Shown piece after piece: positions 13,891 through 26,841 of a DNA stretch of 64,000 bases. The position numbers and the translations under genes are program-made. The stretch's first letter is position 1, and every line of letters starts with the position of its first letter. The notes under the pieces are model-generated. The model was not told the DNA's origin. It searched no databases and saw only the letters and a program-made list of their open reading frames with translations. Origin of the DNA: Glaucostegus cemiculus (Eukaryota); assembly GCA_976551045.1 (NCBI GenBank), contig CDPCPM010000060.1, positions 15,438,001 through 15,502,000 of the forward strand. The letters run 5' to 3'.

Positions 13891-13972
13891 CGCTGCGAGC
13901 GAGGTTCGAACCTGCGCGGGGAAACTCCGTTGTATTTCGAATCCAACGCTTTAACCACTCAGCCATCGCAGC
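13891..13972 (-). tRNA. tRNA-Ser(CGA), variant gene or young pseudogene, within ALX4 intron 1
   Basis: Reverse complement GCTGCGATGGCTGAGTGGTTAAAGCGTTGGATTCGAAATACAACGGAGTTTCCCCGCGCAGGTTCGAACCTCGCTCGCAGCG (82 nt). Perfect 7-bp acceptor stem, G73, long variable arm, CGA anticodon, A and B boxes, TTTT about 20 nt downstream. One mismatch each in the anticodon, variable and T stems. Confidence 0.85.
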
Positions 13973-14002
13973 TGTCCTTATAGCAAGTATTCCTTTATGG
14001 CT

Positions 14003-14110
14003 TATTGGTGTCGCTGGCAAACCCAGTGTTTATGGTCCATTCCGAATTGCCCTTGAGGTGATGGTGGTGAATTGCCCTTGAGGTGCTGGTGGTGGTGAAT
14101 TGCCCTCTTT
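14003..14110 (-). mobile_element. LINE 3'-end fragment (same family as 44.5-45.0 kb) with an internal ~25-nt tandem duplication
   Basis: gtcgctggcaaacccagtgtttatggtccattcc followed by gaattgcccttgaggtg(a/c)tggtggt about 2.4 times. Antisense to the gatgggtaattaaatgctgg...agtgatgcccacatccc tail at 44.9 kb. Confidence 0.55.
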
Positions 14111-17100
14111 TACCACGGTGAAGGTCGTCCTGCTGTGCCGTCGGCTAGGGACAGCAAATTATCAAGAAAATTGTTGAGGTAAACATTCGGGGCATAGTGA
14201 TAAAGTCCTAGCTACGGTTTGTATTTCTTTTCTTTTTGCTAATTAAATTGGGTTATCTGTCGAAATAGCCAAGTAAACGTTACTCATCGGGATTCAAAGG
14301 GATTTAAAGTAGAAACTAATATCTCAGTAAATTCAGCTTTCATCTTCCAAGTTTAAAGAGCAGAAGGGAGAGAAAGGTCAAAGCCATGAATGGCTGTAAC
14401 TTTCCTCCTATGAACGACTAGATCTTTTCCACGGGGTAGATTAATCACATAGACACGGCAATAAGGTGACGTCCACGGTTTCCTACAACGATATTTTTAA
14501 TTGACTCTAACTAGCTTTAATCAAGTTTGGTGAAAAAATTTCACTTGTCTTCATGTTGAATTTTGAAAAGTGAGATTAACAACTGAATGATGCACAGCCA
14601 GGGAAACAGAAGGCTAGAGTTTTTATGGAGTGTAATATTGCAAAAGCGATTCCAAGTGAGGTCAGTGATAATAAAGTACTATTTGGGCATTTCTCCCTAG
14701 AAGATTTAGTAGAACAGGCAGCCACCTCCGTTTTATACTAACAGGATAGAAGTTATGAAGTCCAGACAATCAACTCGGGGGCTTAGAAACGAGGTTTAAT
14801 TTTCAAACTGTAGTTATTCTGTACCAGAGCAATCTCAGTCCAAGTCAAGATGGCCTCTAGGTGAAGAATATAAAGTTAAATTGGGCTAGCGAAAAAGGAG
14901 CACAGTCGTTACTACAGTGGTTGAGAGGCGAAGTGGAACCCAATTTCCGAGTTCATATTGTCACGTGTGCCAATATGCACTTGACTCAGTCCACGATGGT
15001 GAAAACATGCTTCTGGGTGTGGGGTGCAATTTAAAGCGACATATTGATCTCAGACTGTTAACTGAGGAGTAGGGCTGTCATTATCCGTTATCCAACTGCC
15101 CAGAGTCTCACTCTATCCACTGGCAAGAAAACTACTCATACTATGGTTGGTGAGAAATACCACCGATGGGGCAGGCTAATACCTGTTACCTTTGGATTCT
15201 GTCATGTGCTCTCCTTATTTCATCCCCTTACTTCAATTTATGTTCCCAGATTTAAGCTGGCGTGCAACCTAAACTATTTTACAAGAACATAAAAACAACA
15301 ATAAAACTGGTGGCTGAATTTCACATGTTATATGCACTAGTTAACGAAATTTTGTTACTGAAACAGCAAAAAAATCGACTTTAGTTTTTGTCCAAATCAC
15401 ATTATACAATTCACCTTGAAGTACTTCATCTGCATTATGTTTTTTAAATTCGCCTTTATAAGAAAAATAAATAAGGATACAAATAAAAACAAATGACTGT
15501 CACACATGTTATAAGTCATTGGCATTTTTATGTGAATGTTAAATTATGAATCACTCTAGGATTTACCTCGCAGCTTCCAAGAAGTTATGAATCCCCACTG
15601 CTCTTCATAATTTTAAGCATTTAAGCTCGAAACATCTATTTAAGTGTGGTGATATGAAAAGGAAATGTACACTATATGCAACTTTTAGAGGAATTAACTG
15701 AACCAACTGAACCCTTGGTATAAAGCTGGATTAGGATACAAAGTATTTCCGTTCTTATCATTTATTTTGGTCCTCAAAGTTGCAGAATGAAACACTTCCA
15801 ATTTCAGTGAACTGTCGGTGTCAGCATTAAACATTCCCATGTTACACAGTACAATTGGTTCAATGTTCTCTCTATCCCAACATTTGGCAGTAACATACCC
15901 TGCATCAGTAAAACATTTTTTTCCTATTACCAACATCAGCCAATCTGTAAACTCAGTGAGCCATGAGGAACACTTGATAGATAATTAGGTATTGTTTTGT
16001 CCTCTAGGCACATGTTCATTAGGAACTAGGCTGGCACTGCTCAACTGTATTATATGCAAGTTCTTTACAATACATAAAGAAATTGTCATCCCTTTATTTT
16101 GAGCTGAATTTGAACATGGCTTCTAAATGTTAAACCATTACTCTTACTGTCTATGTCATAAACATCTGAGTCTGATTTTACTTAAATTTTCTTTAGATGT
16201 ATTTCCATTGCAAGTAACTTGCACTGCACCTGTTATTTTAGAGTGTAAAAACACTATTTTTTTCATTTAGGCATCACAATTAGGTTTACTGACACTGTTC
16301 ACATGTTAAGTGTGAACATTTTCTATACTGGGACGTGAATCTGGATGATGTACATTGCTCCATTCACTGAGTAGTAATTGGTTTTATTAAAACGCCACAG
16401 GAGGAAATTATTCCTTTCCCTTTAAGTATAGTACTTCTACTTCATGTTAATATTGCAGTGTTCTGTGGAACGTGAAGATACTTTTGGAGAAGTTACAAGG
16501 AGAGGAAGTGAAGGAATTAACAAAGGGACTAAAGGACAAAATATTTTCTGTTGTTTCTATCCCATGCCATTCAAAATTTACTGCCCCATTATTCTCCTAT
16601 TTTACCACATTGTAATTATTCCCGATTTTAAAATGTCACCATATATTGCTTTCCTTCCTCTAGAACAAGATTAACCAAAATATGAAAGCCGTTACACACC
16701 AATCTAGGCAATTGTACTAACGAGAAACTCAGCTAGACGGATCATGAATGTTCCAAGATCAGTATGCAGTCTGCATTGTTACTTTATTTCAGCCAGGTGG
16801 CAATAGTCATGTTAGGATGTACTCCTGCACATTCAAAATAAGGAAACGACAATGCAATAATGGGGACAAATCTACGGCAATGCATTATACACAAATCTGT
16901 ACAATCCTTATATGAATATCTTTAGCCTCAAGGAATGTGGCAGAGAGATTTCTGATATTCTGTCCCACGAAGACACTGATGCTTGCACTGGTTGTAGTTT
17001 ATTGCCAAGGTTGGCGTTTTCCTACATGTGAGGAATTCTGATTTCACAAATCTGCAGTGAAGCAGCAAAATCAGGTGGCAACTGTTCCGAGGACAACAAT

Positions 17101-17699
17101 GAGAGAATCATAAGGGTGAAAAGGAGGACCTTGGAGATGGACTGAACGCCTCTGAACTGACAATAGCTGTGGTACTATTGAGTAGTATGCCTAAGTTTAG
17201 GAGCGATGAATTTTACAGGTATTGTTAGATGACATAAATTATTGACTAAAAATGGATTGACACATATAGGTAATTTTCTGTGAAATTTTATCATGTATCG
17301 TAAGCTTTAAGTTAAAATGTTTTGAAACTTATGGTTTCAAGCTTTATTTTGAGGCCTGTTGGACATTTGATTACCTTGTGACTTTAAAGTGTAACTAGTC
17401 TAGCTAGTTTCTTATGGAAATCTATTAAATAAGTCCCGTCATGTTGTTTTCAGGAGTCTCACTGAGCAGATTTACACAAGTTCTTGAATTTAATATGGAA
17501 TTTGACAAAGCCACCCATGTTCCAGTTATATTTTGACATGCCAGTGAGGTGATGATACCTTTACCGGATGTAGTATGTCCAAACTGGAGCATATCCATAG
17601 TTTTGTGAAATACTGTTCACAGAAAAACACAGCAAAGTGCAGAAACACAGTCGTGTTTAGGGCTTTCATATTCTGGCTAAATATGAGTATGTCTGTAAC

Positions 17700-18180
17700 T
17701 AGAGACTAGCATCATGTACTGGAGTGTTGGGCCGAGAATCACACTTTAAGGAGGATGCCAGGTCTTCAAAGGGAAGGATCAGAAGAGATTTACCTGAATG
17801 GTACCGGGGAATAACAACCAGTTACTTAATGGGGCTGAAGGCGCTGGTGTTGTTCTCTTTAAATCAGAGAAGGTCGAGAGGTTGTGTGGAACTATTTAAA
17901 TGGCCTTGATCGAAAAAGTAAGGGGGGAAATTCTGTTTTCTTTGGCAGGTAGATAGGTAACAGAAGGCATTAGAAGGAAAACGATCGAAGGCGATTGAAG
18001 AAAACTTTTAAAACATATTGAAAAGGCTTCCGTGCACTGGAATGTGCTCTTGAAAGAGTGGTAAAAGCAGACTCCTAGGGACTTTGAAATGTGAAATAGC
18101 TGAGGGTCGGTGCGGAAAGAGCCCCAAAGTAGAAAAAGGCAAGATGGGCCGAACGGCGTCTTTCCATTCGACGATTCCTC
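17700..18180 (+). mobile_element. CR1 (HER1-like) LINE 3' fragment
   Basis: ORF 17724 contains LKALVLFSLNQRRSRG, the CR1 LGLFSLE.RRLRG motif. Tail gatgggccgaacggcgtctttcc. Confidence 0.65.
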
Positions 18181-20094
18181 TCTTAATAAAAAAAAGTCCG
18201 TCAATGGTGCAATGAGAAAGTCATTGTTAAACCCAATTCATGTAAAATGTTCAACAGCAATAAACGTTATTTGATAATTGTAAACAAACGTTCGCAATGA
18301 ACTTTCAATTCCTAATGAGCAGAAACAACGCAGCACAATTACGAGCCACTGTTGCTTATCATTTTCTTGGTTGTGCGTGTGACTCCACGCCCGAAGCCGC
18401 GTTACAGGAGCAGGAATAAACTACAAAGTAACTCGGAACATGGTTACCTACTCGTCCATTTGTCAGTAGGGGTTCTGTAGTTACAATAAATAAAGTAACA
18501 GCAAATAAATGAAATTTCTGTTGTGCTTTCCCTTCCTTATACCCTTAGCACATTTCTGCCGATAATGAAGTGCACATATGTTGCCATTCCATGAGCTGAA
18601 TGTCTTCCTTTTATGTAAATGGTGAGAGCTGATATGATTGCAGCGATGTGGCCTTCTCTACCATTCATTAGGCACATGCGAAATTGTGCGGCACACAGCT
18701 GGGATACCGGTACTAGCAGACACCCAAGCACCTGCATTAAAGCCAGTGCACCTCTAGGGTTTGGCGGGGAAGAGCTCCCATTCCAATGCAACTACAAGGA
18801 ATAAAGAAACAGTCATGCACGGTTAATCCTTCTGATTACAGAATATAATTCAATAACGTAATTTAATGAGAACATTTTTGGGAAACGTGAAACTATTTGC
18901 ATGATTCATGTCCCTCCTTACGTACTATTCTGTTCTGGGCATTGATATGTGCGTGCGCAATCTCGGGTCACTACACCTGGAGTACTAAGTGCGGTTCCAG
19001 CCGTTACACAATATACTCTATCCAGGTTCGAGGAATATGAAGCGACCAATGAGACCCGACTGTTAAGGGTCGAACTATGAAAAATAATTAGATGTTCTTC
19101 TAAACAAGCAACCCAGAAAGGACCGCACAGAGACCTGGGAGAGAAAAGGCGGCTGCCTCGGGATAACCGAAGGCATTGGAACTGTTGTCAGAATTGGGCA
19201 TTTAAAGCAGGGCATGTTATAAACACTGAATGAAACGAACAGCTTTATTCAATGTTTCTAATTACGGGAGAGGGTCTTAAAATGAGGGGGCAGGAGGAAC
19301 ATCTGAAGTGGGAGTACAAATATTTGGGACCCTTTCTAGTAGGCAGTATAAAAAGACACTCGTTCAAGGTCGTGAAGGAACTGTTAACGAAGTGGTTATT
19401 TGTAGACAGTACTCAACAGCTGAGACAGGTTGGCAGGAAAGGAAGTTGAACCCAGGACACCGAACTCACATTGCAGCTAAAGAGGGACATTCCAGCCAGC
19501 GAGTAGGAAGATGGCAAGGCTGGTACACTGATTAAAAGGGTCAACGATTCTTTACCACAACCTGATTTGCGATTGATACGTTGCAATCATTTCCTGTTGT
19601 CAAATGTTATTTTTAAAGGGATGCAAGCTGGTACAAGTTGAACAGTCACACCATGTGCTCACGTTTCAGGAAGCGTTTGGATGCTTCCGATTTCACCACA
19701 AATGGTGAGCAGTGAGCATCTGAAATCGGAGACATGTTCGCCAGCCTGGGTGCACCCGCAGAGATTAAGCAAGACCGGAATTGAATTTATAAACCCATCT
19801 GTGTTTGAACTCAATTTATTCACGCGCGCCGAAGTAAATGTAGAGATTACAGTTTCGTCAGCGTGCTTGTGAGCAGTTTGGATGACTGTTGGTACAAAAA
19901 TTGGAATGCAACCCAACATTGGGTCGGCAACCTGACTGCCAAGCGCTTGAAATGCACAGACAAGGGGAGCGAATTGCTTTCTTGTTTGCAGTTGGTTCGA
20001 TAGCCCAGGTTCCTCGGTACAAAGACCCAGATCACAGAGTACAAGGGCTGTGCGGCAAAGGAAGTGCCATCCTGAACCTCAGTAGTTAGAAAAG

Positions 20095-21520
20095 GCTGGA
20101 ATCTATGTTAAGGAAGTGGTAAGGGAGCACTTGGAAAATAATTGGATTGGACAAAGTCAACATGGATTTAGGAAAGGGAACTCCTATTTGACAAATCCAT
20201 CGGTGTTTTGAAGTTTAAGCGGATTAGTTGAGTGGGGTGGCGGTTGGGGGGGGGGGGGTAAGCCTATGGTGCATTTGGACTTTCACTGGGGCTTTGCTAA
20301 AGTGCCATACAAACGGGTATTGAACAAAACTCGATCACTCTAGATTAGAGGCGGTATGCTAACGTGGATTGCCAATGAGTCACGGACAGAAAACAGAAAG
20401 TAGGGATGAACGAGTCAATTGGGGGGGGGGGCGTAGTGGTGGTTGGGGGCCATAGCTAGTGGAGTGCGGCAGAGATCAGTGCTTGGTCTCCAGACACTCA
20501 CGATCTGTGCCAACAGCTTCCGTGAGGGGATCAAATCTAACATATTCAAGTTTGTTGATAACCCAAAGATGAGTAATGGTAAGAGTTATGAGGAGGATGA
20601 AGAGAAGTTTCGGAGGAGGGGGTATACAGACAGAGTAAATGAATGGGCGAGGACTTGGTGGATAGAATGTAACCTGGACATTTTGAAATTGTTCACTTTG
20701 GCAGGAAAAAAAATAGAAAAGCAGAGCATTCCCAGATTGTGAAGACTGAAACGTCTTCAATGAGAGGGACCTAAGTGGCCTTATACTCAAATCACCGAAA
20801 ATTAGCATGCACGGAAATAATTAGAAAGGCAAAGAATTTATTGGCTTTTATTGCAAGATGATTTGAGTAAAAGTGTAAATTATTTAGGACCCGAGTGAGA
20901 CAGCAGCCGGAACATTATCTAGAGGTCTGGTCACCTTACGTTAGGAAACATATACGTGCGGTAGAGGGAGGGCAGCAAAGGTTCACCAGATTGAGTGCCG
21001 GGGGATTAAGGGGCGATTAAGCAGACTCGGCCCTTCCTCTCCAGACTTTAGATGAAAGGGAGGCGATGCCATTGAAAGATGCAAAATTCTTTAAGGATAT
21101 TACAGAATAAGTAATGTAGTGGGGGGGGGGGGCTGGGGCTGGGGTCATAGTCTCAAAATAGGGGATTAGCCACTCAGGACTGAAATTAAAAGAAACGTCT
21201 CCTGTCAGAGGAAACGAATCTTTGAAATTCTCCACCCAGGAGAGCCGTGGAGCCTCAGTCACTGTAAATAGCTTCAGTATGTACGGGTATTTGATGGTCG
21301 CCAAGGACGGGGTGGGTTGTAGAGCCCGTTTCTGTGCTGTAGGACTCTGGGACCCAATTTCTAAAAAAAAAAAATCAAGTGATAAAGTGAGTCAGTGTAT
21401 ATGGAGTCAGTACAGGAGAGTGGTGTTGAGGTGAAATATCAGTCATGATGTTATTGAATGGCGGAGCAAGAGAGGCCAAAGTGCCTATTCATTGTTTTTA
21501 TTTCTTATTTTCTTATGCAA
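20095..21520 (+). mobile_element. CR1 LINE, decayed RT region to 3' end
   Basis: IGQSQHGFRKGNSYLTN at about 20145, SGVRQRSVLG...SNIFKFVDN in ORF 20443, and a CR1 tail ending ttcttattttcttatg. Confidence 0.8.
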
Positions 21521-21587
21521 AGAGGTCCTGGTAGCATATAATCTGGGAGTCTGCAAATAGGTCCTGGGAGCTGAAGAACCTCTTCCA

Positions 21588-22013
21588 AGTTCTCAAAGTA
21601 TGGGAGAGCCAGCTGACTAAGATTTTACATGTAATCTTCATGTGTGGAGCCAAAAACGTTTATAGTGCTGCGACAGACGCCCTTACAGATATGTTATTCC
21701 TTCTTCGGTAGGTGATATCCCTCTGCTGTACTGCGAGTCTGACTCCCAACAAAGTCCAGTTTCAATGAGTCCGGGTGGTTCCCAGATCACGTGGGAGCAC
21801 CAAATCTCTGTTTCAACAGAGCATCGTATGTTTTCTTACATACGCTTACTCTAGCCTTCAATCTTCAATGAATAATATGGAACACTGTAGCATCAAAACG
21901 AAAAGAAGAAAAATTACTTTAATTTCCTTGTGACACCATGAGCGTTTCTGACGCCAAATATAAAGTCTACATATGGAGCCCTGGTCAGCTGGCTCTCCAG
22001 TGCATTGGGAACT
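21588..22013. repeat. Imperfect inverted repeat, 84-nt arms (21588-21671 and 21930-22013)
   Basis: Hand alignment of arm 1 to the reverse complement of arm 2 is ungapped, about 58/84 identical, with a perfect 15-nt core ggagagccagctgac / gtcagctggctctcc. Confidence 0.75.
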
Positions 22014-23509
22014 CTAAACATCTGTTTCAAAGTGAGATGAAATAGACCGCTTCCATTTTAACGCTCCTATTCTAAAACAAAGCCAACAAAATGATTCTGT
22101 ATAACTCTGCTCTACGAACACCCGGTTGACATCTTTAAGGAACAGCAGAAACCTGTGCTGATATGATCGGAATTATGCTTAGTTTGGTATAATCCCAGGG
22201 TGTGCTGTGAAAGATTAAAATCACACTTGCAAAATTTAAATCCATTGAATCGTTGGCAAAATGTTTCTGAAGCAAAACGCTACAAATTTAGATTGCACTC
22301 CACGGTTTAACTTACAACACCTAAGCAGAGCGCAAGAGAACCAATTTGCCTGAATTTTAGTAGGGAAACATGGGCCAACGCTGATCCAACGAAATAATTG
22401 GTAACGTTCAAACGTTTATTCTCTGTTTTGAAGACATTTAAAATGATGTATTGTGTTTGTATAGGTGCAGCCCGTGCGCAGATGTTTGTACCTTTCTGTT
22501 GCACGTAAATCAGAATCAAAAGTTGAATCACTTTAAAAATATTTCGGGAATATACCGCAAATTCTTCTGTGTTTTTGAACAGTTGTATTCGAAAGGCAAT
22601 TGAAGAATAGTTTCCACAATTTTATTACGGTTAACGACAAAATATTTACAACTAATACACCCTCAAGGCAAATCCAGATGAATGCAATAGTTCCAAAATC
22701 CAGTATAAGTATATCGGTTTACACCACGGTGAAGCTCCTCACAACGCACTCTAAATTATCTCCACATTGTAATTGGGTTGATCAGTTTGTACCACTAATG
22801 ATACTCGGTGAGGATGTAACCACCCAAATTCCTACCGGTAATATAAGGGGGGAGGGGGGCACACATGCTGTGGAATATACGTAGTGATTTTCAATTAGAA
22901 ATGGATGAACGCAGGCTAAAAGACGGGTTGGCAAATCTCGATCTACCCCTACTGCAGAATGCGAGCCATTTACATTATCTGCATATAAGCCGACTGGCTT
23001 TCGTTTAGTGCTATCTTTGAAACACGCCTACAAATCAAGTTTTCATTGTAAAATCTTTTGAATGATTGTGTGTGAGTAAAGTACTGGGAGCGGCTCCGCT
23101 CTGCACGTCCTAGGAGTGGATTTCTTTGGGGAGATTGAGGACACATGGGATAATGACGCATTTTCTCTTGGCATTTTCCGCTCCTTAAATCATAGGCTGA
23201 GCGGTGAGCGAGTTCCCGGCACCACTTTCACTGAGAAAAAACGCTGATAAAACACACATTGTCACTTCTGCTCGCTCTGGTCTGGGTTCCCTCTCGTTCA
23301 CATCCTTTTCGCAAAATAGGACTTTTTTTTTGTTTGTTGAGCCGGTCAACTATAGAAACTCCACCGTGGAAATCTGCCTTGATTTTTCAATGCGCATTAT
23401 CGTAGAGGCTGGAAGGTAAGAGGGATCCTTGTTCTGAAGATACAGAAGTCGGTCACCCTACGATAGGAGGGGTAGGTGGGTTGGACCTTGTTCTTTTGCA
23501 ATCAGTTTA

Positions 23510-23622
23510 TCTAGTGCCTCCTACATTGCAAATATGAGTGCACTTCGAAAGTGCTTCATTGGTTGTGGAGCCCTTTAGGACATTCCGAGGTCCTGAAGGC
23601 GTTAAAGCGAGAGTCTTGCTTT
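23510..23622 (+). mobile_element. SacSINE1/DeuSINE-type 3' tail fragment
   Basis: cctacattgcaaatatgagtgcacttcgaaagtgcttcattggttgtggagccctttaggacattccgagg; related to the tail of the 31.7-32.1 kb copy. Confidence 0.6.
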
Positions 23623-26600
23623 TCACAATGATCCAAGAGGTCAGATTCGTACAATGTCCGAGGCAGACGCTGCGTTACAAATTCACGAACCGCAATCGAA
23701 AACCTGGGATAATGATTTGGTCCCCACTTTTCCTAATGGATAGATAGCAAGATTCCTCAATATTTTTTTTTAAATCCCATTATATAAGGCAGTCCAAACA
23801 GTTAAATGCACCCACTTCCTCGCTGTCAACATGAGACAAACCCAGCGTTCAAGGAAATAATGAAGGTTTTTGAACAATCCAAATGATGGCACCGTAAAAC
23901 AGCTGCGTGCGTGTCTTCAGGGAAATTAAAGTAACTTTCTTTCTTTTCGTTATGACATTACAATATCACATATTAACCATTGAAAACTACAGGCTACAGT
24001 CGATTGTGTAAGATGCCTGCTTCATTTCGTTTATATACTTAACCAGCTACCTTCCACAATCGATGACCGTGATGCTAATTGTTTCCAAAGAAAGTGAAAT
24101 ATATAATCAGACAAGATGGAATCAAATTGAAGTAAAGATACGCAGCCTCACACGTTTCAGGAGACACTGTTTTCTTGTATCGTTAAGTGCATATTGTGTC
24201 AGCAGCAAAATCAGTATAAATTGTGGCACACTCGCCGTCTGTTGCGAGTTTCCATGACAAAAACTCGTCTGCCTGCTGAAATACGGAATGTTCAGTGGCC
24301 CGCGGACGGATTTCGAAAGCTTGTGCTGAAGCATATATCTTACAGCGAACATCTTCAGTTACTGGATGAAGAAGGTTATTTGAAATAATGAACTAGTTGA
24401 CAACATCTTGCCATGAGGGGCTTGAGGTGTGTGTGTGTGGCGGGGGGGGGGGGGGGCGGGGGAGGGTGCGAGACAGCTAAAGATGCCCGTCAGAGTCCGC
24501 CAGCGGCCCTCCTGTTGCAGATACATTCTCCAAACTAGTTAGGAAACAGTCGGGGTTTAGCAGGAAATGACGTTTTTTGATAAACAACATCGATGTATTC
24601 AGATAGGTTTGACAGATATTATCAAGTAGGAGAATGTCAAATCATCTTTTCCTTTTTTCCCTAATGTGGAAAGTTGAAAGAAGTTGCATCGACGCTTCCT
24701 ATCAAAATGCACAATTTGTAATTGCTGTCTACCAATGTGCATTTTTATTTAATCCATAATGAAAGACAGGTCAAAGAAAACAAACATTAACCTTAAACTG
24801 GTTGAATTATGCTATTTCTCTGAAGTAAGGACTGCACTAGGCAAAAGACAGACGCTGGAGGTAGCTTCTCTGCTAAATGGCAAGGCATGTATTGATTTGG
24901 AAGGGACGGGATAGATGGAGAGTTCAATCCACATTGATGGACGTCAAATGAACAGAATAATTTTTTTATACCTTAGGTAATATAAAATTGCCTAATGCCA
25001 ATTTATTTCCCATGCACGGATGATCTGGAAGGCCCTCACTAGTTTTGGAATCAAAGCGCAGAAGAAGACATAGCTGGGATCCTGCTGACCGGACTTGTGC
25101 CCCGAAGGCCAAGCCATCTACTGTAATGTCTTAAGTGCATGATTGACAGATAATTATGACTGCAGTGGCTTAGGAGTATGAGTGCTGTGGAGTCTTGAAC
25201 CGCTATTGTAGTTGCATAGTACATTTTAAAAGTTATGGCCACATCACATTCCCGCTGCAATTGCATTTTCTTTGTTTTGCCACATTTATGAAGATTATAT
25301 TTACATATGGGCGCTCCCTTAATCGGAACAACAATGTAAATAAATCCAGATGAGAAAATACTAAGTTTCCCAATTGTTATGTTTCGAACTAAACACCCGA
25401 ACAAACGGCGTAGAAATGCCACATGCTATCAATTCCAATTAGATGGAAATATCCAACCATCGCCAAAAGTTCCTCATGTTTGTTCGTGGAGAAGCTTAGG
25501 CTGTGTAGAAAGATGACTTACATTTTTTTGTAGAATGAAGCCAGGGTGTTAGGGGTGTGTGGCGGGCGAGAGGGGTCGCCGTGGTGGTGACGGAGAACGT
25601 TGGAACATTATCCTCTATTTCCATGCCAATGGGAATGTTGAATTTTGGGAATTTTCTTGGAAAGGTTACCAACATAAAATGTAATATTTGATTAAGGTAT
25701 TCAGCAATAACATATACTTCCAAGGAAGCAGTATACTTGGAACATGATCATGATCGATTAACAGGAGCTCTTAACACATGTTTGTAGGAAACCCTAGAGT
25801 TCTCACAGACACCAAAGAATCGGGGAATATCGAATTAGTTTAGATATAAAGACACAGTATCCAGAAGACGGCCGTTTTAATCTCAGTACTATGACACCGA
25901 GCAATCTTAGAGCTGGCTATTTATCTACAGATAAACACGCGCACGTTTGTTTTCTTAATGAGACTACTTTTAAATTCTCTCGGTTAATTCTTCAAACACT
26001 GCGGCTCGATTATTTGCTTGTTACCTTCCCGTTTTAAATTGGCCTTAGCCAAAAGCAGTGCCACGTAACACAATTGTGTAAAATTATAAATTAAATTGTA
26101 TGTGGATAAAATAATCTACAAACCTCTATGGGAAGGTAGCATTAAGTATTCAATTAGTATTTTTCGATAACCATTTTAAATATAAATTACTGAAAGAGAT
26201 ACATTACTGTAGTTACTTACAAATGTAAAAATACTTAAGTTTAAGTCTTAATTTCTCCAAGTTCAGACCATTAATTAGCACAGACTCAGGTAGTGGGACA
26301 CAAGAATGGCCAAGTAAAATAGTTGCTCCATCTAGTCATTTCTAAAAATATATACAAATAGAGCAAAAGGTACGAATGTGGGATTGGTAACATTGCAAAT
26401 AAACGGCCACTTTAAACGATCGTTCGGCAGCAAACGATCATATTGTTAATATGTACTGGCACTAAGCAGAACTGGCGCCATTTTCACCAATATCCAAATT
26501 AAGATTTTTAGAGGAAAGAAAAGGAACTTATTGGGTGGAGACAATTCTTGGTTGTAAATCATTAGGTTGTTAATCGTCTTTTTCATTTTTGTATAACATT

Positions 26601-26841
26601 TTCTGACGAGATTCTGACTTTTAGTGCATTAGATTTAATGGTTGGTGGCATTTTAATAAATATTGGAAATTAGCCGTTATATTTGCCCTGGTAAAGACCG
26701 TTTGGCAGCAATATTCGTTCTAGGTAGGAATGTAATTCAATACACCAAAGGATTAAGGGATGAGAGGATTACTAAAGAGTGTATTTTAGTCGTAAAGATA
26801 TATCAAATGTTTCCTTTAATTCTGCTCTTGTTTTTGTTCAG

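Noticed and set aside
14044-14107. Direct repeats suggestive of a CRISPR-like array
   Set aside because: Only about 2.4 adjacent units, no unique spacers, inside a LINE tail, eukaryotic context, no cas genes.
16296-16318. Short hairpins (tgttcaca/tgtgaaca here; tgtttcaata/tattgaaaca at about 32937-32964)
   Set aside because: Stems of 8-10 bp are expected by chance in 64 kb of AT-rich DNA.
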